A stretch of DNA of 64,000 nt, taken from an uncultured Sphaerobacteraceae bacterium. GTDB lineage: Bacteria; Chloroflexota; Chloroflexia; Thermomicrobiales; UBA6265. Positions 55,792-64,000 of the stretch are shown here, piece after piece. Location: contig CAYWSE010000014.1 of assembly GCA_964461025.1 (NCBI GenBank), positions 1,094 to 65,093 on the forward strand, written 5' to 3'. Each line of letters starts with the position of its first letter. Position 1 is the stretch's first letter. The notes under the pieces were generated by a model, which had not been told where the DNA came from, made no database searches, and saw only the letters and a list, made by a program, of their open reading frames with translations. Made by a program: the position numbers and the translations under genes.

Positions 55792-57057
55792 ATGGCCAAA
55801 GCAAAGAAGAAGTCGATCGTCGCGCAGGTATCCGACAGCCGAACCCCGACACTCTCGTGGACAATCGGCGGGGCGGAGTACGACGACCGGATCGTGCGCG
55901 TGCGGGAGGAGCTGGAAAAGCGCAATCTCGACGGGCTGGTGCTCTTCCACCCGGTGCGCATGGCCTACGTGAGCGGTTTTTTTCATCTCTCGACCGAGCG
56001 GCCGATGGCGATCGTCATTTCCCGCGAGGGAGGCATCGGCGGGCTGATTCCACACCTGGAGGTAGGTCACTTCGCCAAGGCCCGTAGCATCACCAATGTC
56101 GAGGTTTATCCAGAGTATCCAACCGGCGGCGGCAAGCACCCGATGTTTCATCTTGCCGACCTGCTCAAAACGATGAAGCTGAACAAGCGGGGAGTCCGGC
56201 TTGGGTATGACAACAACGGCTATCTCGACATCAACGGCTACGACGGACCAGCGCTCTCAGAGATCGTTGCCGGATGGGTGGAGTGCGTTCCAGCCCGTGA
56301 TCTCGTCGACCGGCTTCGGGCGGTCAAGAGTCAGGAAGAGCTTCGCCTGATCGCCGAGAGCTGTGTCTGGGGGAATCTGGCGCACCGGTTGATGCATGAT
56401 GCAATCGAACCCGGTCGCGGGGCCATGGAGATCTGGCTGGACGCCTCGAATGTGGCGTCGCAAATGATGTCGGCGTCGCTCGGTCCCGGTTATCAGCCGA
56501 TGACATCAGCATTCGGCTTTCCGGCCCTGGCCAATTTCACTGCCGGGTCGAGCACCTCTGATCCTCACGCGCTGAACAGCGCAACAGGTTTGCGCGTCGG
56601 TGATGTGCTCGTGACCTATGGCGGCGCCGATGTCGGTGGATACGTGTCTGAGCTGGAGCGGACGATGTTTCTCGGCGCTCCGTCGAAGGACGCCGCGAAG
56701 GCGTTCGGGCAGATGTTGATACTGCAGCAAGTGGCGTTCGATGCGATCCGACCAGGGCGTACGTTCGCCGCAGTTGAGGCGGATGTGCGGGAAGCGTTTG
56801 CCGAGCTGGGATTGTTGCCAAACCAGCGACATCACACCGGCCATGGGATCGGGCTGGAGGGCCACGAGTGGCCGTTCATCGATCTTGGCTCGGAGGATGT
56901 CATCGAGGAAAACATGGTGCTTTCCGTCGAGCCCGGGTTCTATCTACCGGGTCTGGCGGGATTCCGCCATTCGGACACGATCGTCGTCCGCGCCAGCGGC
57001 TCCGAGCGGATGACCTGGTATCCGCGCGACCTGGAGAGTCTGACCATCGACGTGTGA
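55792..57057 (+). CDS. M24-family metallopeptidase (Xaa-Pro aminopeptidase/creatinase-like)
   Basis: HHTGHGIGLEGHEWPFI and VLSVEPGFYLPGLAGFRHSDTIVV. AGGTGA lies 5 nt before ATG 55792 (GTG 55783 also in frame). Confidence 0.85.
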   Translation: MAKAKKKSIVAQVSDSRTPTLSWTIGGAEYDDRIVRVREELEKRNLDGLVLFHPVRMAYVSGFFHLSTERPMAIVISREGGIGGLIPHLEVGHFAKARSITNVEVYPEYPTGGGKHPMFHLADLLKTMKLNKRGVRLGYDNNGYLDINGYDGPALSEIVAGWVECVPARDLVDRLRAVKSQEELRLIAESCVWGNLAHRLMHDAIEPGRGAMEIWLDASNVASQMMSASLGPGYQPMTSAFGFPALANFTAGSSTSDPHALNSATGLRVGDVLVTYGGADVGGYVSELERTMFLGAPSKDAAKAFGQMLILQQVAFDAIRPGRTFAAVEADVREAFAELGLLPNQRHHTGHGIGLEGHEWPFIDLGSEDVIEENMVLSVEPGFYLPGLAGFRHSDTIVVRASGSERMTWYPRDLESLTIDV

Positions 57058-57267
57058 GCCCCTGGCGTTCCGATTGTGGCACTCTTGCCATATGCCGGGG
57101 CCATGTCGTGACGAGCGTGTGACTGGCTGCAGTTCATACTCGGACAATGAAGAACGACGTGGCAGACAACCCACTGCACGCGGTGGCGAGGGCGGACCTC
57201 GCCGGGACACTTCGTTTCCGGAACGCCTGCTGCGCATTCCGGGCGAAGGGCGAAAGGAGTTGGAGCA

Positions 57268-57720
57268 ATGGCGCTCAACACTGAGTACCGGATGCGCGGC
57301 CTCACGCTGAGCCGGCTCGAAGAGGAGCGGATCGAGCGACAGGTAAAGTCGCTGGAGAAACGCATCGAGCAGTTCCCCGATCCACGACTGGAAATTGCGT
57401 TTGACGAGCAGGCGACGCCGCATCTCGTGAAAGTCGATATGCGGCTGGCGCTGGGGCCGCTTGGCGGGCACCTGGTCAGTCATCAGGAAGGACCATCGGC
57501 CGATACGGCGACCAAAGCGGCGTTCTCCGACCTGAAGCGGCAGCTGGAGCGACGTCTTGCGAATCAGCGCGGCGAAGCAACATTTGGCGTGCCGAGTCGC
57601 CGGTTGCCGGCCGATCTACGCCCGGCCGGTCAGGAAGCAAATGACGAAGAGTTCGACGAAGACGATCTCGAATCCGACGAGTTCGAATACGACGACGAAG
57701 CGACGGGCGTTGCCATCTAG
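57268..57720 (+). CDS. hpf: Ribosome hibernation-promoting factor / RaiA-family protein with acidic C-terminal tail
   Basis: AAGGAG RBS upstream. Layout LSRLEEERIERQVKSLEKRIEQF...VKVDMRL...DTATKAAFSDLKRQLERRL fits the HPF/sigma-54 modulation protein family. Tail EEFDEDDLESDEFEYDDE. Confidence 0.6.
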   Translation: MALNTEYRMRGLTLSRLEEERIERQVKSLEKRIEQFPDPRLEIAFDEQATPHLVKVDMRLALGPLGGHLVSHQEGPSADTATKAAFSDLKRQLERRLANQRGEATFGVPSRRLPADLRPAGQEANDEEFDEDDLESDEFEYDDEATGVAI

Positions 57721-57748
57721 CCGGATTGCGGGAACCGGGGAACAACGC

Positions 57749-57778
57749 ATCGGCCAGCAGCACAGACTGCTGGCCGAT
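57749..57778. terminator. Perfect 12-bp hairpin between convergent genes (bidirectional terminator candidate)
   Basis: atcggccagcag (57749-60) / loop cacaga / ctgctggccgat (57767-78), between hpf (+) and usp (-). Confidence 0.55.
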
Positions 57779-57806
57779 TGCATTCGATTTGACGTTGAGG
57801 TTTTCG

Positions 57807-58751
57807 TCAGTCGGGGGCGATTGACTCCAGATATTCCCGCGTGACCACGACCACGGGGGCCGAACCATTCTGGATCAGTTTCATCGCCGTGCTGCCGAGC
57901 ACCCAGCGCGGCACGCCGCGACGTCCGTGACTGGAGAGGACGAGCATATCCCCCTCCTGCAGCCAGTCGTGTAGCGCATCGGCGGGACGTCCGCTGTACA
58001 AATCGCCAACCGCCCTGGCTCCAAGCATTCTCAACCGGTTGACAGCCTGATCGAGCAACTCTTTGCCTGCCGCTTCGCGTGCGGCGAGGACATCTTCGGA
58101 GTAGCTCGGGGGGATTGGCTGTAAACCGCTCAGTGGAATGATGAGATCGTCGACTGCCGGAGCCAGCACATGTACGGCATGGACCTCGACATCGTGGAGA
58201 ACGCCGATGGCTGCGGCGACTGGAAGCGCTCCCGTGGAGAGCGCCGAATTGTCGATAGGAGCGATGACCCGGTTGATGGCCACTCGCTGATCGAGCTCAC
58301 CTTCCGGGCCGATCACGCAGACCGGCAAGGGGGCATGACGAACAACTCTGTCGGCGACAGAACCGCTGGCGAATCGGCCCACAGCGCCCCTGCCGCGACT
58401 CGACATGATGATCAGGTCGGCGCTGTGCTGATGCGCCGCGGCGAGGATCTGTTCGGTCGGATCACCCTCAGCGACGACGAGGGTCACGTTCTCGCGATCG
58501 GGAAAGTAGCGCGATTGCACCGTGTTCAGCTGTTCAGTGGCCAGCTCCCGGTAGGCGGAGGCCATCTCCTCACCGCTGGAGACAATTTTGCCCGTGAAAT
58601 TGCGAACCCCGGACTGGTGGGCGACGACCTCGAGCAGGACGAGCTCTACACCTTCTCCTGCAAGCGCGGCAGCCCATGGCAGGGCGCGTTCGCCATAGTC
58701 AGACCCATCGAGTGGCACCAGAATTCTGCGGATTGAGTACTGGTCGGTCAC
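57807..58751 (-). CDS. Universal stress protein, tandem UspA domains
   Basis: Two Usp repeats (IRRILVPLDGSDYGERAL...HSADLIIMSSRGRG...GSVADRVVRHAPLPVCVI and VIAPIDNS...GDMLVLSSHGRRG...GSTAMKLIQNGSAPVVVV). Start GTG 58751 with GAGAGGAAG upstream. The ORF extends to 58811. Confidence 0.85.
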   Translation of the reverse strand: MTDQYSIRRILVPLDGSDYGERALPWAAALAGEGVELVLLEVVAHQSGVRNFTGKIVSSGEEMASAYRELATEQLNTVQSRYFPDRENVTLVVAEGDPTEQILAAAHQHSADLIIMSSRGRGAVGRFASGSVADRVVRHAPLPVCVIGPEGELDQRVAINRVIAPIDNSALSTGALPVAAAIGVLHDVEVHAVHVLAPAVDDLIIPLSGLQPIPPSYSEDVLAAREAAGKELLDQAVNRLRMLGARAVGDLYSGRPADALHDWLQEGDMLVLSSHGRRGVPRWVLGSTAMKLIQNGSAPVVVVTREYLESIAPD

Positions 58752-59029
58752 AGTTGCTTCCTCTCTGTTGCGCCGGTGCCGAAGGGCGCCTGCAAACATG
58801 CCTTCCCACATGGCGATGGCGACCCTGACAAGCAGCCGTGACTATCGTACCTAAAAAGGCGCTCTCACGACGCTCCCCAGCGGTGCGCTCGTTGCTGAAA
58901 AGGGCCGACAACCGCATCTTTCTGTGCGAATGCACACGTGAAGAAGAACGATATGGTGCGCCGTTTCCAATGTCGAAACAAACGCGCCTTTCCATGCTTT
59001 CATGGGGCATACGGCGAACTGTGTCTTTC

Positions 59030-59058
59030 TTGACAGGAATTTGAGACATCCATACAAT
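59030..59058 (+). promoter_or_regulatory. Near-consensus sigma-70-type promoter (TTGACA-17 nt-TACAAT)
   Basis: ttgaca 59030-59035, 17-nt spacer, tacaat 59053-59058. About 80 nt upstream of the sugar-binding protein ATG 59138. Confidence 0.6.
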
Positions 59059-59137
59059 GCCGAGCGCCCATATCAAGGCGTCGCGCGCGTGGTGCGCGAC
59101 AAGCATCAGACGTCACTCACCCTGGAGGAACGTGACA

Positions 59138-60529
59138 ATGTCGGAAAAGAACACGCAGATCAAACAGCTGTGGCAGGATGCCCTCACTGGCAAGATCAGC
59201 CGCCGCGACGTGCTCGTACGCGGTAGCGCCCTTGGCCTCAGCGGCATGGCGCTCGCTGCGCTCTCGCAGGAGACCATTCGCGGCGCCATGGCGCAGGACC
59301 GCGATCCGATCCTGAACAGCTACGACTGGCAGCTGCGCCTGCACCCCATGTTTGGCACGCTTGGCGACGAGATGGGGATCATTGTTGAAGAGGCCCCATC
59401 GGTCGACTTCAGCTTCGACCGGTTCATCACCGAAAAGAACCAGGGCATGAGCACCTGGGATGCCTACACTGGCGTCACTCCGTTCCTCGAGATGAAGCCT
59501 CTGGCCGATACAGAGACCATTGAGCCCTGGGACCCGTACCTGCCAGAGGGCGTCAAGGAAGACATCTTCCCGGCCGCCGTCGAAGAAGGCACGTACAACG
59601 GCAGCTTCTATGTGTGGCCGCTCCTGCTCGACATCATCGTTCAGGGATGGCATGCGGGATTCGTCGAGGCTGCTGGTCTCGATCCGGAAGTTGCCCCGGT
59701 CACCTGGGATGAGTACATCTCGAATGTGAAGACCGTTCACGAGGCAGGCGTAACTACGTTCGGCGTGATCTTCGACAATCGCGACTGGCGTTCGCTGATT
59801 CCGATCACGCACTCGTTCGATACGGATGTCTACAGCCCGGATGGACTCTTCATCTACAACAGTGATGCCGCAGTGAATGCGCTCGAAGTGATGAAGGAGC
59901 TCATGCAGTACACCGCTCCTGACGTCCTCGCCGCCTCCAGCGTCGATGCCGCTGTGCTGGTCGACCAGGCTGTCTGGTCATCCGAACAGGCTGGCTACTA
60001 CTTCAAGTATCAGAATGCGCCACTGACCTATTCCGCCACGTGGCAGGATCCCTCTCAGCTGCGCATGGCCAAACTGCCATCGCAGCCAGACACCGCCGGA
60101 GGCACAGTGTTCTGGGACACCGGCGCCGTACTTCTCACCCACGGCCAGAACAAGGAGAAAATGGCGGAGTACATGCTCTCCTTCTCCAAGGACGAGCGCG
60201 TCTGGGAGAACTCGGTGGTTGGCAATCCGGATGAGGGAACGACGCCGGTTGGTCAGCTGCCGATCCTGCAGTCGGTCTGGGAAGAGTGGGACGCGAACCC
60301 GCCGGCGTTCCTCGAGGGCGCTGACTGGGCGTTCGCCGTTCGCGACTCACTTGCCGCGGCTCGCGCAATTCAGCCAACCGCTCTGGCGATCAGCCAGTTC
60401 GATGTGGCCCGGCCTGAGTGGCACAAGTACTTGTCAGGTGAAGAGGCGGATGCCCGCACTGCGCTGACCAAGGCGTACGATGCGGTTCGCGCTGAGTTCG
60501 AGCGCCAGACTGGTTCTCCCGCTCAGTAG
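59138..60529 (+). CDS. Sugar ABC transporter substrate-binding protein (family 1), Tat signal
   Basis: ATG 59138 with GGAGGAA RBS. ISRRDVLVRGSALGLSGMALAALSQE. Followed by two CUT1-type permeases. Confidence 0.8.
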   Translation: MSEKNTQIKQLWQDALTGKISRRDVLVRGSALGLSGMALAALSQETIRGAMAQDRDPILNSYDWQLRLHPMFGTLGDEMGIIVEEAPSVDFSFDRFITEKNQGMSTWDAYTGVTPFLEMKPLADTETIEPWDPYLPEGVKEDIFPAAVEEGTYNGSFYVWPLLLDIIVQGWHAGFVEAAGLDPEVAPVTWDEYISNVKTVHEAGVTTFGVIFDNRDWRSLIPITHSFDTDVYSPDGLFIYNSDAAVNALEVMKELMQYTAPDVLAASSVDAAVLVDQAVWSSEQAGYYFKYQNAPLTYSATWQDPSQLRMAKLPSQPDTAGGTVFWDTGAVLLTHGQNKEKMAEYMLSFSKDERVWENSVVGNPDEGTTPVGQLPILQSVWEEWDANPPAFLEGADWAFAVRDSLAAARAIQPTALAISQFDVARPEWHKYLSGEEADARTALTKAYDAVRAEFERQTGSPAQ

Positions 60530-60703
60530 TCGTTCGCACATCACGTGATTTCCGGCGCGCCGCCACCACCAGCAATGGCATGGGGCGGCGCGCGCTTCAG
60601 GAAATGACCTCTCGACGTACCAGATCACCGTTGTTCGACCGGGTAGTTGCGCGACGCTGCCATCGATCTACCGGCGCGGGATACATTCAGGAGTGAATCG
60701 ACC

Positions 60704-61678
60704 ATGGCGGGCGCCGCACTATCACCAGAAGCCGCCGGTGCAGCGGGTTCGAACGGGGTGAAACCAGTCAAGCCGAGCTGGTACCGAACAGCCAAGGATT
60801 TCGTCACCAGTTATCCCTACCTCATTCCAGTGATGTTCTTCTTTATCGGCTGGCAAGTCTGGCCGATTCTGGCGTCGCTTTATCTCAGCTTCACGGATGA
60901 GCGATTCCTCGACAATCAGCCGGCGAACTGGATCGGCCTGGACAACTACCGCACGGCGATTCAACAGGGACTGTTCTGGCAGGGCATCAAGCGGGCGCTC
61001 ATCTTCACCGCTATTTTCATCCCGGGCATGATCTTCATCCCCATGCTTGCGGCGATTCTGGTCGATCGCGTTCTGAACAATAAGGTCGCCACGGTTTACC
61101 GGATTATTCTGCTTATCCCTTCGATGATCCCCGCCCCGCTGATCTTCGTGCTCTGGGTGTGGATGTACGACAACTACATCGGCCCGATCAACTATTTCCT
61201 CGTCGATCGCTGGGGCTTTTTTGATCTGGCGAATGCGCCGCTCTGGCTTGACAATAATGTGCTGATCTACTTTTCCATCGCGTTCATGGAATGGTGGTGG
61301 GGTCTTGGGTACCACACCATGTTCTTCCTGGCCGGCCTGGCATCAATTCCAAAGGATCTTCCCGATGCCGCCAGAGTGGACGGCGCCGGCGAGTGGCGTA
61401 TGTTCTGGGGCGTCACGATTTGGCGTCTTCTGCCAATCATTCTCGTGCTGACCGTCGTCCGGTTTGGCAGCGCGATGGCTGTGATCACCGAATACATCAT
61501 CATGCAGGGTTTCGAACGCACATCGAGCACGTACACGTGGACGATGTACATGTATGACGAGGCGTTCAGAACTGGTCAGCAGTTCCGTGGATATGCCGCG
61601 GCAATTGGCTGGCTGGGCGCCATTTTCATGCTTTTCGTCGTCGCAGGACTCTTCTACATCTTCCGGTCGCGAGACTGA
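60704..61678 (+). CDS. Sugar ABC transporter permease (MalF/UgpA-like)
   Basis: YLIPVMFFFIGWQVWPILASLYLSFTD and the EAA-like PDAARVDGAGEWRMFWGVTIWRLLP. Confidence 0.85.
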   Translation: MAGAALSPEAAGAAGSNGVKPVKPSWYRTAKDFVTSYPYLIPVMFFFIGWQVWPILASLYLSFTDERFLDNQPANWIGLDNYRTAIQQGLFWQGIKRALIFTAIFIPGMIFIPMLAAILVDRVLNNKVATVYRIILLIPSMIPAPLIFVLWVWMYDNYIGPINYFLVDRWGFFDLANAPLWLDNNVLIYFSIAFMEWWWGLGYHTMFFLAGLASIPKDLPDAARVDGAGEWRMFWGVTIWRLLPIILVLTVVRFGSAMAVITEYIIMQGFERTSSTYTWTMYMYDEAFRTGQQFRGYAAAIGWLGAIFMLFVVAGLFYIFRSRD

Positions 61679-61727
61679 GAGTGGGAACGACGAAGACTCC
61701 TGTTCTCAACACGGAAAGGATTGAGCC

Positions 61728-62639
61728 ATGAGCGCACCAGCAACCACCAATCAGTCGATCCCACCCGCGGTGACACCGCACAAGCGTCGTTTCCGGATCA
61801 AATGGGGTGCGATTGCCCGGCACGCTGTGCTGATCACGCTCTGTCTGTGGGTGCTTCTGCCACTTGCCTGGGTTGTGCTGTTGTCCTTCAAGTCGAAATA
61901 TGACGGCGCCCGGCGGTATATCTGGCCGGAAAACTTCATCGATCCGCTCTTCGCCAATTACCAGTTCATTCTCTCCCAGCCTCGTGCGGTGGGACCGGTC
62001 GGCGCGAGCGCTATGAACAGTGTGACCGTGACCCTGCTCACCGTCTTTTTCGGCACGATCGCCGCGGTGCTCGGCGGATATGCGCTGGTGCACTTGCGCA
62101 CGCCGTTCAAGGCGTTTGTCACGACCATACTTGTGGCGTCGCTCTTCTTCCCGACGCAGGTGACCGCCCTGACCGGTATCTTTCGAATTCAGCAGGAGCT
62201 CGGTTTCATCAACAAGACCTGGACGTTGATGTTTCCCTATGTGGCGCTGCAGATCGCCATCTGCGTATTCATCATGCGCGGGGTGTTCCAGACGGTACCC
62301 AACGAATTGGTCGATTCCGCGAAGGTCGATGGCGCGAGCTCGCTTCGTACGCTTGTGGGGATCATCTTCCCGCTCATCAAGAATGGCGTGGTGGTGGTGA
62401 TCATCGTGCTCTTTGTCTTTGCCTGGGGAGAATACCTGCTGGCTCTGACGCTGATGAACGACGCCGACCAGCGGACGCTGGCGGTCTTCATCTCCAACTC
62501 CTCGGGAGGCGTCGGCGCACTGGATTGGCCCCGCACCGCGGCCCTCTACATTCTGGCCATTATCCCGGCTTTGATCACCTTTGCTCTCGCCCAACGGTGG
62601 TACATGAAGGGTCTGCAGGAAGGGGCGCTGAAGGGGTAG
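61728..62639 (+). CDS. Sugar ABC transporter permease (MalG/UgpE-like), copy 1
   Basis: VPNELVDSAKVDGASSLRTLVGIIFPLIKNG (EAA loop). Six TM helices. Confidence 0.85.
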   Translation: MSAPATTNQSIPPAVTPHKRRFRIKWGAIARHAVLITLCLWVLLPLAWVVLLSFKSKYDGARRYIWPENFIDPLFANYQFILSQPRAVGPVGASAMNSVTVTLLTVFFGTIAAVLGGYALVHLRTPFKAFVTTILVASLFFPTQVTALTGIFRIQQELGFINKTWTLMFPYVALQIAICVFIMRGVFQTVPNELVDSAKVDGASSLRTLVGIIFPLIKNGVVVVIIVLFVFAWGEYLLALTLMNDADQRTLAVFISNSSGGVGALDWPRTAALYILAIIPALITFALAQRWYMKGLQEGALKG

Positions 62640-62654
62640 CCGGCGTGCGGGCAC

Positions 62655-62705
62655 GAGGCGAAGAGGCGAAGAGGCGGAGAGGCGGAGAGGAACGAGGGGA
62701 GCGTT
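62655..62705 (+). repeat. Purine-rich (GAGGCG/AAGAGG)n tract, left arm of an inverted repeat
   Basis: gaggcgaagaggcgaagaggcggagaggcggagaggaacgaggggag. The reverse complement of 63236-63277 (gcaggcggaaaggcgaagaggcggaaaggcggaacggggagg) aligns with few mismatches. Confidence 0.75.
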
Positions 62706-62794
62706 GTACCCGGCGACGTACCGACCGCTTCGGGGGGCGAGGTGATACGTCGGTTGACGCGTAGCAATGGGTGACCCGGAGGTTAGGGCGGCTG

Positions 62795-63163
62795 ATGGCA
62801 GATGGGGGCTACCGGGATCTCATTGTCTGGCAAAAGGCGAGAGTGCTGGTGCGCGAAGTGTATGGCGTTTCCGATCGCTGGCCAAGCCTTGAGCAGTTTG
62901 GACTCACTGCTCAGGTGCGTAGATGCGCCGTGTCTGTTCCCAGCAACATCGCCGAAGGCAAGGGACGATCGGGAGCCAAGCCGTACGCATACCACTTATC
63001 CGTTGCTCACGGCTCTCTTTGGGAACTCGAGACTCAGCTATTCCTGGCGCATGACCTCGGTTTCCTGGACGAACAGAGTCTCGAGAAGTTGATCAGCCTG
63101 TGTTCTGAAATTGGCCGAATGCTAAGAAGCATGATCCAGACGTTGGAGTCCAGGAGACGGTGA
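62795..63163 (+). CDS. Four-helix-bundle protein (23S rRNA intervening-sequence protein / Avd-like family)
   Basis: YRDLIVWQKARVLVREVYGVSDRWP, FGLTAQVRRCAVSVPSNIAEGKGR and HGSLWELETQLFLAHDLGFL are characteristic. Confidence 0.85.
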   Translation: MADGGYRDLIVWQKARVLVREVYGVSDRWPSLEQFGLTAQVRRCAVSVPSNIAEGKGRSGAKPYAYHLSVAHGSLWELETQLFLAHDLGFLDEQSLEKLISLCSEIGRMLRSMIQTLESRRR

Positions 63164-63230
63164 GTCTCAAGATCAGTTTGGATGCTTCAGCTGGTCGTCA
63201 ACTATTCAGGCAGAAGGACCCCGCAATATC

Positions 63231-64000
63231 GTGCACCTCCCCGTTCCGCCTTTCCGCCTCTTCGCCTTTCCGCCTGCGAGGTCGATACTAAAACACGCCG
63301 CCCTGCTGCTTCTCTGCTTCTGGGTGCTGGCGCCGCTGGTGTGGGTGGTGCTGCACTCGATGAAGGCGGGGGCGTTCAAGTTCTATGAACATGTCTGGCC
63401 GGTGCAGTTCGAAGACCCGCTCTGGGCGAACTATCAATGGCTCTGGCAGGACGCGAACCTGGAGAACCCCTTCTACCGCAGTCTGATGCACAGCACCGTC
63501 ATCACCTTGCTCACCGTGACCGCCACCACCGTGGCGGCAGTGCTCGGTGGCTATGCTCTCTCCCATCTCAGCACTCCGGGCAAGCGTGCAATTCTGGGAT
63601 TGCTGGTCGCGTCGCTGTTTTTTCCGACTCAGGTGACGGCGCTCACCGGGACCTTTTTGATTCAGTACCGGCTGGGGTTTCTCGACCGGCCCTGGACGCT
63701 CTTTTTCCCATACACATCGATGATGGTGGCGATCAGCGTGTTCGTGATGAGGAGTGTCTTTCAGGCGGTTCCGCGCGAGATCATCGATGCTGCCAGAATC
63801 GACGGCGCCAGCTCCATGCGCGCGCTCGGCGGTGTCCTGCTGCCAATGGTGCGCAACGGCATTGTGGTGGTGATGATTCTGGCGTTCAATCTCGCCTGGG
63901 GGGAGTATCTGCTGGCGGCGACGCTCGTCAACAGGCGAGACAATTGGACTCTTGCTGTCCTGCTCGGTCAGGGTGTTGGGGTTGGGCCTGGATCCGCGGC
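63231..64000 (+). CDS. Sugar ABC transporter permease (MalG/UgpE-like), copy 2, 3'-partial at window end
   Basis: My own translation of the open frame, which is not in the ORF track because it runs off the window: ...HAALLLLCFWVLAPLVWVVLHSMKAG...VASLFFPTQVTALTG...AVPREIIDAARIDGASSMRALGGVLLPMVRNG...AWGEYLLAATL. It parallels copy 1 throughout. The only in-frame start upstream of TM1 is GTG 63231. Confidence 0.7.
   Translation, partial: MHLPVPPFRLFAFPPARSILKHAALLLLCFWVLAPLVWVVLHSMKAGAFKFYEHVWPVQFEDPLWANYQWLWQDANLENPFYRSLMHSTVITLLTVTATTVAAVLGGYALSHLSTPGKRAILGLLVASLFFPTQVTALTGTFLIQYRLGFLDRPWTLFFPYTSMMVAISVFVMRSVFQAVPREIIDAARIDGASSMRALGGVLLPMVRNGIVVVMILAFNLAWGEYLLAATLVNRRDNWTLAVLLGQGVGVGPGSA
63236..63277 (-). 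repeat. Pyrimidine-rich tract, right arm of the inverted repeat
   Basis: cctccccgttccgcctttccgcctcttcgcctttccgcctgc. Lies inside the predicted 5' end of the next permease ORF. Confidence 0.75.

Noticed and set aside
57077-57089. Sigma-54-like promoter TGGCAC...TTGC upstream of hpf
   Set aside because: The GG and GC dinucleotides are 9 nt apart, not the canonical 12. It is therefore not a valid -24/-12 element.
62655-62705. Simple microsatellite expansion (GAGGCG)n
   Set aside because: The tract is imperfect. It has a matching reverse-complement partner about 530 bp away, precisely bracketing a gene, which argues for an inverted-repeat element rather than slippage alone.
62795-63163. Diversity-generating retroelement (Avd-like protein present)
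   Set aside because: No reverse transcriptase gene and no template/variable repeat pair are visible within the window. The flanking repeats are inverted purine tracts, not TR/VR. A stand-alone IVS-type gene is more likely.
1-64000. rRNA, tRNA, tmRNA, RNase P or SRP RNA genes
   Set aside because: I scanned the larger intergenic regions by eye for characteristic conserved segments (tRNA acceptor/T-loop GTTCRANNC context, RNase P GAGGAAAGTCC, tmRNA 5' end) and found none. A covariance-model scan would be needed to exclude them formally.

Overview
High-GC bacterial chromosomal window. Gene content and repeat style suggest an aerobic Chloroflexota/Thermomicrobia-like organism, but that is inference only. 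I support about 60 protein-coding genes. I recognised no rRNA, tRNA or CRISPR array.

Most of the window is core metabolism:
- A caa3-type cytochrome c oxidase operon (ctaC-D-E-F-G plus two small membrane genes, 20.6-27.0 kb) and a separate heme A synthase gene.
- 2-oxoglutarate dehydrogenase E1/E2.
- An unusually long ArgRS.
- Three ABC importers (amino acid, peptide, sugar).
- Assorted oxidoreductases, methyltransferases, stress proteins (HPF, tandem Usp) and several large secreted beta-propeller or beta-sandwich proteins.

Accessory or unusual content:
1. A tightly coupled three-gene cassette at 44.3-46.5 kb, with two divergent PI3/4-kinase/HipA-like kinases bracketing a DUF3037-like protein. 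This is my best candidate for an undescribed kinase-based toxin-antitoxin, defence or signalling system.
2. A putative nitrosative-stress/copper module at 52.5-55.6 kb. It holds a PNPOx-like gene, a stand-alone ScdA_N/DUF542 gene, a 12-TM NnrS-like protein and a cupredoxin fusion. Phased TTGTCAC direct repeats sit upstream of two of its transcription units.
3. An Avd-like four-helix-bundle gene flanked by about 40-bp (GAGGCG)n inverted repeats, sitting between two tandem paralogous ABC permease genes (62.6-63.3 kb).
4. A 1.5-kb region holding two decayed DDE transposase remnants (14.7-16.2 kb).
5. At least three families of short interspersed intergenic repeats.
6. A relatively AT-rich islet with two orphan genes (38.4-40.4 kb).

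All functional calls rest on motif recognition by eye; no database search was run.
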